Source of the DNA: Polyangiaceae bacterium
Lineage (GTDB): Bacteria > Myxococcota_A > Polyangia > Polyangiales > Polyangiaceae
Assembly (NCBI GenBank): GCA_965222375.1
Contig: CBDCTZ010000012.1
Location: 1 to 64,000, forward strand
Direction of reading: 5' to 3'
DNA: 64,000 nucleotides
Below, one piece after another: positions 13,042-23,802 of this stretch. Below the pieces are notes generated by a model, which saw nothing but the letters and a program-made list of their open reading frames with translations, had not been told where the DNA came from and searched no databases. The position numbers were made by a program, and so were the translations under genes. The stretch's first letter is position 1. Each line of letters starts with the position of its first letter.

Positions 13042-13854
13042 ATGGACGACAGGGTCGCGCTGGAGATCTCGACGATAGTTGCGCTCGCGACCTGCGCCTG
13101 CGCTCCCAGCCACACGGCCCGCGAGTCATCCCCCGAGGTCGCGGTGCACGAAGCGAAAGTGCCCGCTAGCAAGCAGGTTGCGCCTGAGCCAGTCGCGGCC
13201 GAGCCGCCTCCGGTCAGCTTCCACGTGCATGGCAATCTCCGCAACCCAGACGGCGGCGTCATGGGCATGCTGTTCAGCCAGCGCTGCGTGGATGTTGCAA
13301 CGCGACGCAAGCTCTTGTTCGTTGGACACGAAGATACCAATCTGCCCAAGCCGCCCGACGCCAAGCTCGTGGTCTTCCTACGTGGCGGTGACACATGTGC
13401 GCCACAGTGGCGCCCAGTCGTTGCCAAGCTCGGCAAGACTGCCTCTGCACCGGAGGCCGAGTGCCCCGCCTGGCGGGTCACCGGCTGCGAACTCTTGGCT
13501 ACGGAGGTCGCTGTGTACGGTGCTTGGGAAACGGCCAAGAGTTGGCACCAGTTGGACTGGGACACTGTCGACAAGGATGGCATCGAGCCCATCGACGCTA
13601 TCAAGGTGAAGGTGCCGGGCACCCACTTGGTGTTTCATTCGCGCCGGAAGCGCAATGACGAAATTTGGCTTCGCGGTTCAGTCATCGCGACGATCACGTC
13701 CGCCGCCACCTACCCCTTGGTCGACGGCGTGCCCTTGCTCAAATACGAACGGGGGTTGGCGCGGCTGAGCGATGGAGGGCTGACGTCCGTTCCGCTGGTG
13801 GGCGCCGTGCGACAGTTTCCCCCGCCAAAAGTGGACGAGCGGGGTCAGAATTGA
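13042..13854 (+). CDS. Hypothetical (lipo)protein
   Basis: Open frame; ALATCAC signal-like segment and Pro/Ala linker. Confidence 0.6.
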   Translation: MDDRVALEISTIVALATCACAPSHTARESSPEVAVHEAKVPASKQVAPEPVAAEPPPVSFHVHGNLRNPDGGVMGMLFSQRCVDVATRRKLLFVGHEDTNLPKPPDAKLVVFLRGGDTCAPQWRPVVAKLGKTASAPEAECPAWRVTGCELLATEVAVYGAWETAKSWHQLDWDTVDKDGIEPIDAIKVKVPGTHLVFHSRRKRNDEIWLRGSVIATITSAATYPLVDGVPLLKYERGLARLSDGGLTSVPLVGAVRQFPPPKVDERGQN

Positions 13855-14279
13855 GCGCGGGCGGTCATGCTTCCCTGCGCACCTCGCGCCCTGAGACATC
13901 CGCTGCGGATACTGGGTTCATTTCAAAGGCTGCCGGAAGGACTTTCGAACTCGCCAGCCTATCATGGGGTCGCGCCCTGCCAGACAGGTGGGCGCTCACT
14001 TGAAGTCGACCCTCGAGAGCAAGGCCAGCGCCGAGGTTCGGCGCGTTGGGGAGTGTTAGGTTTGGTTGGGTCGCGACGCTGGGTGGCGCTGGGCCGCTGA
14101 TCTCGCCCTGGGCCAGTCGGGTGCGGGCGTGACCTTCTGAGCGGCGTTTGCCGCGAGCTTGCTTCGAGATCTACGTTCGGGTGGATGAGCCAAGTTGGAT
14201 TGGACGCCCCGCTTTCGTTTTTTTATGCGCGGATGAACCTTGCGGGCCCCTCACGCAACAAGGGGAGACAAGGCATTCA

Positions 14280-15467
14280 ATGACACGAGCGTTCCGCCAC
14301 GTCCTCAGCCTGGTCTCGGCTTCCCTGGTATTCGTGCTTTGGGCCGGTCCAGCGGCCGCCACGCCGAAAGATAGCCGAGCGATCTACTCGACCGGTCCAG
14401 GCATGGTCCACTTCGACGGTAACGGCAGCGTGGTTGCTGGATCGCATCGGCTTTCCAAGCGGTTTACCCTGAGCGCGCACGTGCGCGTGCGCAAATCCGA
14501 GCGGTGGCAGCATGTGGTCGAATTGGGAGTGAAGGAGCACGGCTGGTCCGGGGCGCTGCGGCTGGCGGTTGGAAAAGAGGGTGAGTGGTATCTGGCGCTG
14601 GGCGACGGCGGGTCGTATCGGGACGTCACGGTGCAGTCCGACTGGAAGTATGGCGAGTGGCACCACCTGGCGGTTACCTATGATGGGTCCAGGGTTCGAC
14701 TGCTCGAGGATGGCAAGCAGCTCGCGTCCATGGTCATGGGTCGCGAGGTGACTCGGGGCAGTGGTTCGCTCTTTCTGGGAAGCTATCGCGGCACCGGCCG
14801 CTTTTTTCGGGGCGATACGCGCGCAGTGACCCTGTTCAACGCTGTCCTGCCACCGGGACGGCTCGTGAAGCTGCGAAAAGCGCCCCCGCCGGACGTGACC
14901 CTCGTCGACAAAGTGCGCGTCATCAAGAAAGGCGAGCAGATCGCGGCGCCGCACAAGCTGGTGCCGGCCAAGTCACATACTCTGGCGTTCTGGCTTCGCC
15001 CTCTCAGTGCGCGACCCGCGCTGACGTCAGTGATGCACTTCGGCGGCAGCGACGGACAACGACTGCCGGCTTTGTTTTTCGCGCCGGGCAAGACGCGGCT
15101 CGAGTTGCGTGTCTCTCGCGCCGATGGGAAACCTGACGCCACCCTCGCGTCCAAGGCACCGCTTGCCCTGGATACGTGGACTCACGTCGCCTTGGTCACG
15201 GAGCGGCGGCGGGTTGTGCTGTACATTGACGGCAAGCGTCGCGGCGCGCTGGCACTTCCGGCTGCGGGCGCAGCTCACCGTCCGCTGTGGGCCTCGAGCC
15301 CTTGGCACGAAGCAGCCCGCGCGCAGATCGCCAAACTCGGTTACGCAGCGCGGGCCATGTCCGCCACGGAGATCGCCAAGCTGTCGCGAGCCAAGCCCGT
15401 GAGTGCCGAGGCCGAACAGCTCGCCGGGCTCACCGGGACCGCTCGCGAGCGCATCGCCGCGCACTGA
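14280..15467 (+). CDS. Secreted protein with two LamG/concanavalin-like domains, possibly C-terminally truncated
   Basis: Signal peptide; WHHLAVTYDG and WTHVALV...LYIDG motifs; AGGGGAG upstream. Confidence 0.85.
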   Translation: MTRAFRHVLSLVSASLVFVLWAGPAAATPKDSRAIYSTGPGMVHFDGNGSVVAGSHRLSKRFTLSAHVRVRKSERWQHVVELGVKEHGWSGALRLAVGKEGEWYLALGDGGSYRDVTVQSDWKYGEWHHLAVTYDGSRVRLLEDGKQLASMVMGREVTRGSGSLFLGSYRGTGRFFRGDTRAVTLFNAVLPPGRLVKLRKAPPPDVTLVDKVRVIKKGEQIAAPHKLVPAKSHTLAFWLRPLSARPALTSVMHFGGSDGQRLPALFFAPGKTRLELRVSRADGKPDATLASKAPLALDTWTHVALVTERRRVVLYIDGKRRGALALPAAGAAHRPLWASSPWHEAARAQIAKLGYAARAMSATEIAKLSRAKPVSAEAEQLAGLTGTARERIAAH

Positions 15468-15966
15468 CGCCGGCTCGCCTCGGGCGTCGCTTGCTTGCGT
15501 CTGTGATGGTCATTGCGACAATGGTCGCGACGCCCGTCGGCCTGGTCATGTGGGGAACGGCCGCGAAGCCCGAATACGAGATCACCACGCTCGAGCAGGG
15601 GGTTTCTCGAGCGCGGCAACGGCATGTGCTGCTGACGCCTCGGCGAAAACCCGTCAGGTCACGCCTCAGCGTGGGGGCTGCGCCCACCCCCGGTGGTGGA
15701 ATGATCGCGCTTGGGATGAGCTTCTAGTCGAGGGCTGAGCCAGGGTTTTGGGCGTCCTCGTCGTCGGCGATCCAGTAGCTGTACTTGTCGTTGTCGAAGT
15801 CGACGAAAGCCCAGAAACGGGTCCAAGTGTCTGGCTTGATGTTGAAGCTCCCAACCTGCGGCTCGAGAGGGGCGTCGTCCCCAACTGCCGGCGTGAACCA
15901 ATAGGTGCGCGTGTCCACGGCGGCGACGAAGGTGTCAGGACCCAGGAACACCGCTAGGATGCGCTC

Positions 15967-16782
15967 ATGTCTGACGCTGAAGTTAAGCTGGAGCGAGACG
16001 GCAAGGTTGCGATTGTCAGCTTGAATCGCCCTGACAAGAAGAATGCGTTGAACGAGGCGATGTGGCAGTCCCTTGAGCGCGCCGTCGTTGCTCTAGAAAG
16101 CGACACCCCTCGCGTTGTCGTCGTGACGGGCGTTGGCGCGGCGTTCTGCGCTGGTGTGGACGTCAGCCCAGACAATCCGATGACCGCCGCGCAGATGCAG
16201 GGCATTCAAGACAAGAACCGCAACAGCATCGCAGGCATGCTCAATCGGATGCGGGACGTCGTGGATCGTTTGGTGGGATTGCCCGTCCCGCTGGTTGGCG
16301 CGATCAACGGTCTCGCCTATGGTGGCGGTGCCGAGATCGCAACGCGCTTCGACCTTCGAGTCGCGGATCCCGAAGCGAAGATCTGTTTCTCGGAGGTGCG
16401 GCTAGGGCTCATGCCCGACTTGGGTGGTGGTGTTGCTCTGGCACGTCTGGTAGGGCCTTCGGCTGCCGCAGATCTGATGTTGACCGCGCGCCGCGTGGGT
16501 GCAGAAGAAGCGGCGCGCCTGGGGCTACTCAGCCGCATCAGTGAACCTGGCAAGTCTCTCGATGAGGCCATGGATCTTGCTACTGCAATCGCCAAGAACG
16601 GACCGCGAGCCGTGCGCTCGGCCCTCTCGGTCATCCGCGCCGTGGGCGAAGTGCCGACCAGTCGAGCGCTTTCCCTGGAGCTCGACTTGGCCACGGACCT
16701 GATCTTGTCCGGCGAGTGCCTGCACGGTGTTACGGCGCTCTTCAATCGTAGGGAGCCCGAGTTTCCGGATCCGACGGAGTGA
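15967..16782 (+). CDS. Enoyl-CoA hydratase/isomerase family
   Basis: LNRPDKKNAL, FCAGVD, AINGLAYGGGAE, SEVRLGLMPD. Confidence 0.95.
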   Translation: MSDAEVKLERDGKVAIVSLNRPDKKNALNEAMWQSLERAVVALESDTPRVVVVTGVGAAFCAGVDVSPDNPMTAAQMQGIQDKNRNSIAGMLNRMRDVVDRLVGLPVPLVGAINGLAYGGGAEIATRFDLRVADPEAKICFSEVRLGLMPDLGGGVALARLVGPSAAADLMLTARRVGAEEAARLGLLSRISEPGKSLDEAMDLATAIAKNGPRAVRSALSVIRAVGEVPTSRALSLELDLATDLILSGECLHGVTALFNRREPEFPDPTE

Positions 16783-16784
16783 TT

Positions 16785-17822
16785 CTACAGCTGCGCCGCA
16801 AGCTTGCGCGGCCGGCGGCGTTTGCGGCGGCGTGCCCAGATCCCTGCCGTGATGAGCCCAAGGAGCCAGCCGGGACCCTTTCGATCGGACCTGATGCCGC
16901 ACGAGCCACAACCGCTGCTGCTGGACGGCTTCCCGCTCTTCGGCGCTCCGCCCGGCTTCGTGCTCTTTTTCGTTTCGCGCGGTTTGCAGCTCAGTGAAAA
17001 CTCTTTCGCTTCACTCATGACCGAGGGGCCACCGGGGATCTGGAGCTCCAACTGCACCTTGTGCTTGCCGGGCGCCAGGCCGTCATCTTTGGCTGGACCG
17101 GCGCAGACGCTGAAGAGCGTGTCGTTGCCTGGGCCGCGCCAGCTGCGGCCGGGCGGCGTCGCCTTGCAGAAGCTCTCCGTGGGCCGCCAGATCTTTCCGT
17201 CGACACGCGTGTTGATCAGTAAGCCGAGCGCATACAGGCCGACGCCGTCGGGTAGCTTGGAACTGAGAGATAGCTGCGCGACAGGCACCTTCAATCTGCA
17301 GGAGACTGGGAAGCCGAGTTGAATCTTCTTCTGTTCTGGCACGCCTAGTTCGATGGGAAAGCCCGCCTTGAGCGCGAGCGGTTCTTTCGCGACAACGGCC
17401 GTGGAGGTCGCACCCTTCGGGCCGGAAAAGCGGTAGCTCTCGCCTGCCTTCAGCGGTTCCTTGGCCAGGACGAGCAATCCGTAGGCGGCCTTGCCCTTTT
17501 TGCTCCAGGGAGCCACTTCGACGATGGGCTCGAGGCTGTGGGGGATCTTCGCCCCCGAATCGCCGACTTGCTGGATGGAGAACTCGTCGGCGGCTGGCGG
17601 TGACTCCCAGCTGACCTTTTCGCCTGCAGCGTCAATCACCCAGGGAGCTCCGCTGCCCCAGAACACGACCCCGCGAGCGTTCGCGGGCAGGTGAACTCTC
17701 GGCCCAGCCAAAAAGCCAGGGGGCCCTTGAGCGCAGGTACACGCCGACCCTGGACGGGCCGCGAGAAGCGTCGATAGCGACAGCAACGAACTCAGCCACG
17801 CTGCACGTACCGAGTGGCTCAT
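16785..17822 (-). CDS. Secreted surface protein with MYXO-CTERM-like sorting tail
   Basis: Signal ending ACTC; C-terminal SSSGCGSC + hydrophobic stretch + RRRKRRR; ATGA overlap with the upstream gene. Confidence 0.8.
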   Translation of the reverse strand: MSHSVRAAWLSSLLSLSTLLAARPGSACTCAQGPPGFLAGPRVHLPANARGVVFWGSGAPWVIDAAGEKVSWESPPAADEFSIQQVGDSGAKIPHSLEPIVEVAPWSKKGKAAYGLLVLAKEPLKAGESYRFSGPKGATSTAVVAKEPLALKAGFPIELGVPEQKKIQLGFPVSCRLKVPVAQLSLSSKLPDGVGLYALGLLINTRVDGKIWRPTESFCKATPPGRSWRGPGNDTLFSVCAGPAKDDGLAPGKHKVQLELQIPGGPSVMSEAKEFSLSCKPRETKKSTKPGGAPKSGKPSSSSGCGSCGIRSDRKGPGWLLGLITAGIWARRRKRRRPRKLAAQL

Positions 17823-18556
17823 GCCGCCGCGTCTTCGTTCTTCGCACTTAGCGCGTGGCGCACGGCGTTCTCGATGTCCGGTCCGTGGGCGGGGTCGAGG
17901 GAGAACACGGTGACATCAGCGCCACCATCGGGGACTGGTGCGACCTCGGGCTGCCGGGCGAAGGCTGACCAATGGCATAGCAGCGCGGCTTCGACGATGC
18001 GCGACTGTGCTTCCGCGAAGGATCCGTCGGGCAGGTGCCCGAGCTGGAATTTGTGGGGGGTGACCCCGCCGAGGCTGCGCGTGCGGACGACGGCTTCTTT
18101 GGCTACCTGGCTGAAGGGCAGGATCGCCTGGTCGCCCGTGGTCGACTCCAAAACGAGGACTCGATAACCCATGTTGACGATCTGACCCTCGACCTCCCCG
18201 ATGCGGACGTGATCGCCCACATGGCAAACGCGGCCGGCCTTGAGGGCGACGCCGGCGAGAAAGTCGCGAATGGATGGCCACGCCGCCGCCGAAAACCCGG
18301 CCACGACGAGAGCAAGCACGAAGGGCAATGCCGACGGCTGCGCACGGAACAGACTGCGAGCCGCGAAGAGCAGGTAGGCCAGCGCCACCAGCGCGCCAAC
18401 GATGGGGCTCGCTCGCTCCAGGAAGGCCCGCCGCTCCTTGTTCATGGGCACGATGCCGAGCGCCCAGCTCACCGCGCGCACTGCGGCCAGCAGCACCGCA
18501 CCACCGATGAGCACCACCACCAAGTCGAAACCAAGAGAGCTGAAGCTGTCGGTCAT
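17819..18556 (-). CDS. Small MscS-family mechanosensitive channel domain protein
   Basis: 3 TM, then IRDFLAGV...VGDHVRIGEVEGQI; ATGA overlap with the upstream gene. Confidence 0.85.
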   Translation of the reverse strand: MTDSFSSLGFDLVVVLIGGAVLLAAVRAVSWALGIVPMNKERRAFLERASPIVGALVALAYLLFAARSLFRAQPSALPFVLALVVAGFSAAAWPSIRDFLAGVALKAGRVCHVGDHVRIGEVEGQIVNMGYRVLVLESTTGDQAILPFSQVAKEAVVRTRSLGGVTPHKFQLGHLPDGSFAEAQSRIVEAALLCHWSAFARQPEVAPVPDGGADVTVFSLDPAHGPDIENAVRHALSAKNEDAAA

Positions 18557-21500
18557 GTCATGAGCCCCAAGCGCTCGAGGCGGCTTGCAATGATGTGATG
18601 CACGAAGGGATTGATCTCGAGGACCCGCTGGCGGCTCTCGACCACGAGTCCCGCCCGGCGCAAGGTATCGAGTTCCCGCGCCAGGTTCTCGCTGCTCATG
18701 CCCGTGACTCGAGCCAAGCGGCGCGGAGATATCTGTTTGTGGAGGACGAGTTCGAGCAGCAGCGCCGTCCATTCACTCTTGAGCTCGTCCAGGACTTCCC
18801 AACGCTCGACGCGGGGCGCGCGCACGCTCAAAACGTCGCCGCTGACCTTGTCGATGTGTGTGATCCAAGCGCGCAGCGCAGCGCCCACCACACCCCCGGA
18901 ATAGTCGAAATAATCCGAGAACAGACGGGCAAGCTTGAGCTCCCCGAGTTCGTCTTCTTGCTGCGTGTCGAAGGAGTACTTGGCGCCCGTCGAAGCGTGC
19001 CGAACCGTGACCAACCGTTTCAAGGACTCGGTCGGCAGCGGGGCGCAGCGCAAAACCACCAAGGCCCGGTCGGACAGAGACCGCAATCGGTCCAGTAGGG
19101 TAAGGGTTTGATCGCCCATGCACACGACGAAGAACAGGCGACTCCCATGCCGCTCCATCAGTCCCAGGATGTGGTCGATCAGGGCGATGCCGTTTTCGCT
19201 GCGCTCCCACCACAACTCCAGATCGTCCAACAGCACCGCGCTGCCCTCGGGCAGAGCTTGCAGCACTTCGTCGGCCGTGCCGCGGCGATCTGCCGCCTTT
19301 GCCAGGGCAACATCGAAGGCGCGCTGCTCCACCGACCCACCCGGCCGTGGCTGGACCCGTACGACTTCAGCGCAGTCCGCGTCTGCGATCACGCGCTGAG
19401 CCAGGGCCGTCTTGCCGGAGCCCCGCGCACCCACAACCAGAAGCGCGCCGCTGGAGCCTCGGCGAAATGCGGCGACCGCGCGGCGAGCGCGAGCGAGCTG
19501 TTCGTCACGCCCGATCCAGAACGCGTCGGAGACCGCCGCCTGACCGAAAAAGAGCTGCCGATAGTAAAAGGGCAGGGCGTCGATCACCTCAGGCCGTGGC
19601 GTATTGGCTTCCACCAGCGCCGCGACGCGATCTACTAGCGCGCCGCCGTGGCTTGCCTCCGCCTTGAGCTGCCGCGCCAAGAGCACGCCCTCGCTCTTGC
19701 GGTACACCAAATTCACCAGCGCGTGGCGCCCCGTGAGCATTCCGCGGCGAACCAAGCCGCGCACGCCGCTAACTGCCGCTCGACCCTGATGCAGGCGAAT
19801 GTGCTGCTCGAGGTTCGCGCTGGTGGCTCCCAGATCGTAAGCGTTGGTACCGTCCATCACTGGCACCAGACGCTCGTCAAAAGCAGTCACCACCTCCGGA
19901 AGGAGTTCCGCCAGGCGCTCAGTCTCGGCGCGCGTCCGCTCGAGCCCGTTGTCGATGACCTCGACGAGCTGCTCACGCAGGACCTTCTTCTCGGCTCCTT
20001 CCGCTGCTTCCAGTTCGCTCATCTGAAACGAGATCAGCCGCACCACGTCCTGGGCGACGCCGGCCGCTCGTTGCTCGGTTTTCGGAATGCGATCCAGATC
20101 TTCGGATAGGCCGCCGACGAAACGAGACTCGATCAAGAACTGCACCAGCCGGCGCACCGGCAGTTCCGTCATCTCGGCCGCTTCGCCGCGCCCCTCTTCT
20201 AGAGCCTGCATCGACTCCTCGTTCACGGTGGTGACGGTTTCGGGCAGCTCGGCCGAGAGCTCTGCGCCCTCCCGCAGCATCACGTCAATGACTGGCTTCG
20301 GCTCGAAACGCCCGTCGAGCTCCAGATGCACCGAGAACTGCGGCACTGAGGTTTCGTCCGCAAGGCCGCTCCGGAACTCTTCCAGTGCCGCCGCGAGTGC
20401 GTGGCACTGGCTCAGCACTCCGTTCTTCACATCCAACGCGACTTGATCGCGTTCGCGATTGGCCATCGCCTTCAGGCGATGTTGGAAGGATGAGAGCTTC
20501 AGCGCGAGATCCGCCAACTGCACGAGCCGCGCTTGGTTGTCCTTCCAGCGATCCGGGATTTCGCCCAAAGCCGTCGCCAAGCGCGCCGCGTCTTTGGTCA
20601 CGCGCCGCTCTTTCTTGATCAGGCGGCGCACGTCCAGTCGGTCGATGTCGGCGGCAAATCGAATCGACAGCTCCCGGGCCGTTACGAGCAAGGACCACTG
20701 CTGCTGGTTGACACGCTGCTTGCTGTGCTGAACCAGGTCGTGCAAGCGGGCGAGCACTTGGCTGTGGTGTTCCCGGACTGCCGCTTGCGCCGTTTCTCCT
20801 TCGCCGGTGTCTGGGACCTCGCCTATGGAATCGAGCACCTTGCCCACGGCGATGACCATCTGGTGGGTATCGGTCTCGAGCTCGCCGACGGACTTGCGCA
20901 GCCCGTCCCGGGTCACTTCTTGGAAGTAGAAGTCCCGTAGCAGCGCGGTTTGGATGCGATAGCGCACGTCCTTGCCACGGCTGAAGCGCGCTGCGGTGCG
21001 GCGGCGCAATTTGAAACTGCGCACGTAGTCCGAATCGTTGGCCCGGGGCTCGAAGTCTTCGGCGGCACGGTGCACCAGGAGCTCTTCGGGATTGCGCCGC
21101 CGGATCACCACTCGATCGTCGGCAAGGAATGCAGCGATGCGTTCGGACAAGATCCCGCTCTGTTCGTCCAAATGCTGGCTCTCGAATTCCTCCAGAGCCT
21201 GTTGGCATTCGAGCAACAGCGTGCTGAGCGCGCGGTTGCTCGCGGTCTTGACTCGGCGAAGGTTGGAGGCCTCGACGGCCTTTTCGAGGGAAGCAAAGTA
21301 GCGTTCGACGGACGCGATGATCCGGCGAGTCAGTTCGACGTGGCGTGCATGAATTCGCTGGATGCAATCCTCGTAGAATCGCGTCACCAAGTGCTGCAGG
21401 CCGTCGGCGAAGTCCGTGACCTCCCTGGCGAGATCGGGAGTTGCCGGGAGTTCCAATTCTGGCAGTTCGGCAACGCCGTCCTCGCCCACGGGCGGCAGGA

Positions 21501-23661
21501 AGCTGATGGCGGCCTCGCGGGCGACATGCACCGACTCGTCAAAGGTCGACGAGGCCCGGATCAGCAAGATCCCGCCCAGGGTTTCCGCCAATCGGTCCAC
21601 GCGGGTCTGATACTCGGCAGTGACTTCGCCCCGCTCGTGTGGAAGTCCAACCAGAGTCAGGTCCGCGTCCTTGGATTCCTCGGCAACCCGGTCTTCAAAG
21701 CTCTCGCTCTTCAGGCGGTCGTTGAGCACGCGAATCGTGGCTTCCAAGCGTGCTTCGGTAAGCTGATGGCGGGCAGAGCTGCGCAAGTGGTCGTTGGCGG
21801 AGGTGTCTGGGCTGAGCAACAGCAGCCGTACTTCTGCGCGCTCCCAGCGTGCTTCCCGGGTGATGAAGCGCAGCAGGGCGATGCTGAATCCCAAGTTTCC
21901 ACCGTCGGCTCGCCACCAAACGTCGATCCGCTTTCCGGCGCCGGAGTCGGGGCCAGTGGCGAAGAGCAGCAGGTTGAAATCGAGCTCTGACGCGGAGTCC
22001 AGCAACTGACAGAAGCGCGCTGGGTCATGGCGATGTGCCGTCCAGGGCAGCAATACCGTGTTCGGTTGGAGGGCCGCGAAGCCGTGGTAACGGCAGATGT
22101 TCTCGACAGCCTCGTAGCGGTCTTCGCAGGGCAGTCGCTTGCCGAAGACGCCAAGGCGCGTCTCATCTTCGGGCTTGTCCTCGGGCGGTGGGGTTCCCGG
22201 AGAAACGAGTTCGAAGTCCGTGACGATGCCGTTGTCACTCACCAACGAGCGGGCCACGTTTCTGAGCTGGGGCGTGGCCGGCGAGTCCGGCGAACGGAAC
22301 AACAAAATGATGGGCCGCCAGTTGCGTTTCTGCTGCGTCTCGCCGCTGAGGCGGGCGAGCCCTGACCGGATTAACGAGGACCAAATCCCTGCCCAGGCGT
22401 CGCCGGCCTCCAGCTCCAGCTGCTTGCGCTGCAGGTAGAAGAAGAGTCCCGCCATGATCGCGGTAGCGCCTGCCATGGCAAATAGATCCAGTTGGATCAT
22501 CACCAGCACGGCAGTGATGGCGCCCACGATGCTGACGGACTTGGGAATGCGGAAGGAGGGGCGGAAGTCCGGGCTAGCCCAACTCTCGATGGCCGCGCTG
22601 AAGTTCAAGAAGCCATAGGTCGTCAAGAACACCATCGACACGATGCGGGCTATGGCGTCGAGCTCGGCGATCAAGATGCCGCCCTCGGCGATGATGAAAG
22701 CCAAAACCAGGGCGTTTCGCGGTTCGTTGGTCTTGCCGTAGCCGCGACCGAACCAGCGCGGGGTGATGGCGTCGGTGGAGAGCGCCTGCAAGATACGCGG
22801 CGCGCCCATGATGCTGCCGATGGCGCTGGAGAGCGTCGCGCCCCAGATCCCTGCAACCACCGCGGGCCCAAACAGAGCGATGTTGATCAGGACGTCCTTG
22901 TCCTCGACCAGCTGCTTGGCCGGAACGCGGTAGGCCAAGAACGCCGCGAGCCCAATGTACACCACGAGCCCGACGGCGATCGCGAGCATGGTGCCTCGCG
23001 GGATGCTCGACTTGGGGTTCCTCAGATCCCCGGACATGTTCACGCCGGCGGTGAAACCCGTGACCGCCGGAAAGAAGATGCCGAAGAGCAGCGCCAGGCT
23101 CGGGCTGTCGGCTCGGGCGCTCATATGCGGCTGACTGACAGACGCTTCGGGAGAGCCGAGCAGAATGCTAGCGATGGATGCCGCAATCAGTGCCAAGATC
23201 ACGTACTGGGTCTTGATCGCGAACTCGGTGCTGATCAGCGTGATGGCCGTGAGCACCACCAACGTGATGCTGCCGCAGATCCGAATCGCGGTTGGCGTTC
23301 GCTCGATACCCACGTAGCCGAGAAAGCTCTCGGAGAAACCGATCACGTACAGGCTCACGGAAAAGGCGAGGCCCGTGAACAGCGCTAGCCCCAAGGTGCC
23401 ACCGATGGGCAGGCCCAAGCTTCGCGACACGATGTAGTAGGGCCCCCCGGCGCCCACCTTCTTGTCGGTGGCGATGCTGGAAATGCTCAGGCCCGTGCTG
23501 ATGCTGATGACGTGGGATACGCCGATGATGCCGAGCGCCACGTACAGGCCACCGTTGCCGACCACCCAAGGCAGTCGCAGGTACATGATCACGCCCAGAA
23601 TGGTCAGGATGCTCGGCGTGAACACCCCGCCGAACGTGCCGAATTTTCCGTCCTTGGCCAC
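18553..23661 (-). CDS. SLC12/cation-chloride cotransporter-family permease fused to a helical region, P-loop ATPase and winged helix
   Basis: FGTFGGVFTPSILTILGVIMYLR, FFPAVTGFTAGVNMSGDL, NWRPIIL; Walker A GARGSGKT; Walker B VLLDDLE; C-terminal wHTH-like segment. Confidence 0.9.
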   Translation of the reverse strand: MAKDGKFGTFGGVFTPSILTILGVIMYLRLPWVVGNGGLYVALGIIGVSHVISISTGLSISSIATDKKVGAGGPYYIVSRSLGLPIGGTLGLALFTGLAFSVSLYVIGFSESFLGYVGIERTPTAIRICGSITLVVLTAITLISTEFAIKTQYVILALIAASIASILLGSPEASVSQPHMSARADSPSLALLFGIFFPAVTGFTAGVNMSGDLRNPKSSIPRGTMLAIAVGLVVYIGLAAFLAYRVPAKQLVEDKDVLINIALFGPAVVAGIWGATLSSAIGSIMGAPRILQALSTDAITPRWFGRGYGKTNEPRNALVLAFIIAEGGILIAELDAIARIVSMVFLTTYGFLNFSAAIESWASPDFRPSFRIPKSVSIVGAITAVLVMIQLDLFAMAGATAIMAGLFFYLQRKQLELEAGDAWAGIWSSLIRSGLARLSGETQQKRNWRPIILLFRSPDSPATPQLRNVARSLVSDNGIVTDFELVSPGTPPPEDKPEDETRLGVFGKRLPCEDRYEAVENICRYHGFAALQPNTVLLPWTAHRHDPARFCQLLDSASELDFNLLLFATGPDSGAGKRIDVWWRADGGNLGFSIALLRFITREARWERAEVRLLLLSPDTSANDHLRSSARHQLTEARLEATIRVLNDRLKSESFEDRVAEESKDADLTLVGLPHERGEVTAEYQTRVDRLAETLGGILLIRASSTFDESVHVAREAAISFLPPVGEDGVAELPELELPATPDLAREVTDFADGLQHLVTRFYEDCIQRIHARHVELTRRIIASVERYFASLEKAVEASNLRRVKTASNRALSTLLLECQQALEEFESQHLDEQSGILSERIAAFLADDRVVIRRRNPEELLVHRAAEDFEPRANDSDYVRSFKLRRRTAARFSRGKDVRYRIQTALLRDFYFQEVTRDGLRKSVGELETDTHQMVIAVGKVLDSIGEVPDTGEGETAQAAVREHHSQVLARLHDLVQHSKQRVNQQQWSLLVTARELSIRFAADIDRLDVRRLIKKERRVTKDAARLATALGEIPDRWKDNQARLVQLADLALKLSSFQHRLKAMANRERDQVALDVKNGVLSQCHALAAALEEFRSGLADETSVPQFSVHLELDGRFEPKPVIDVMLREGAELSAELPETVTTVNEESMQALEEGRGEAAEMTELPVRRLVQFLIESRFVGGLSEDLDRIPKTEQRAAGVAQDVVRLISFQMSELEAAEGAEKKVLREQLVEVIDNGLERTRAETERLAELLPEVVTAFDERLVPVMDGTNAYDLGATSANLEQHIRLHQGRAAVSGVRGLVRRGMLTGRHALVNLVYRKSEGVLLARQLKAEASHGGALVDRVAALVEANTPRPEVIDALPFYYRQLFFGQAAVSDAFWIGRDEQLARARRAVAAFRRGSSGALLVVGARGSGKTALAQRVIADADCAEVVRVQPRPGGSVEQRAFDVALAKAADRRGTADEVLQALPEGSAVLLDDLELWWERSENGIALIDHILGLMERHGSRLFFVVCMGDQTLTLLDRLRSLSDRALVVLRCAPLPTESLKRLVTVRHASTGAKYSFDTQQEDELGELKLARLFSDYFDYSGGVVGAALRAWITHIDKVSGDVLSVRAPRVERWEVLDELKSEWTALLLELVLHKQISPRRLARVTGMSSENLARELDTLRRAGLVVESRQRVLEINPFVHHIIASRLERLGLMT

Positions 23662-23802
23662 GGGCTCAAACGACAGAGTACCGGAATGCGCGCGACCCGG
23701 GACAGCAGTCGGCGGATTGCGGGGCGGACTTAAATAAGCCGTTCTATGACGCGAGCTCTAGGACGGCAGTCGGCGCCGTACATGGCGAGCTGCCCGGCCG
23801 AA

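Noticed and set aside
13900..13990. Possible tRNA-Sec (TTCAAA and TTCGAA-like words)
   Set aside because: No acceptor, anticodon or T stems can be paired, and there is no CCA end.
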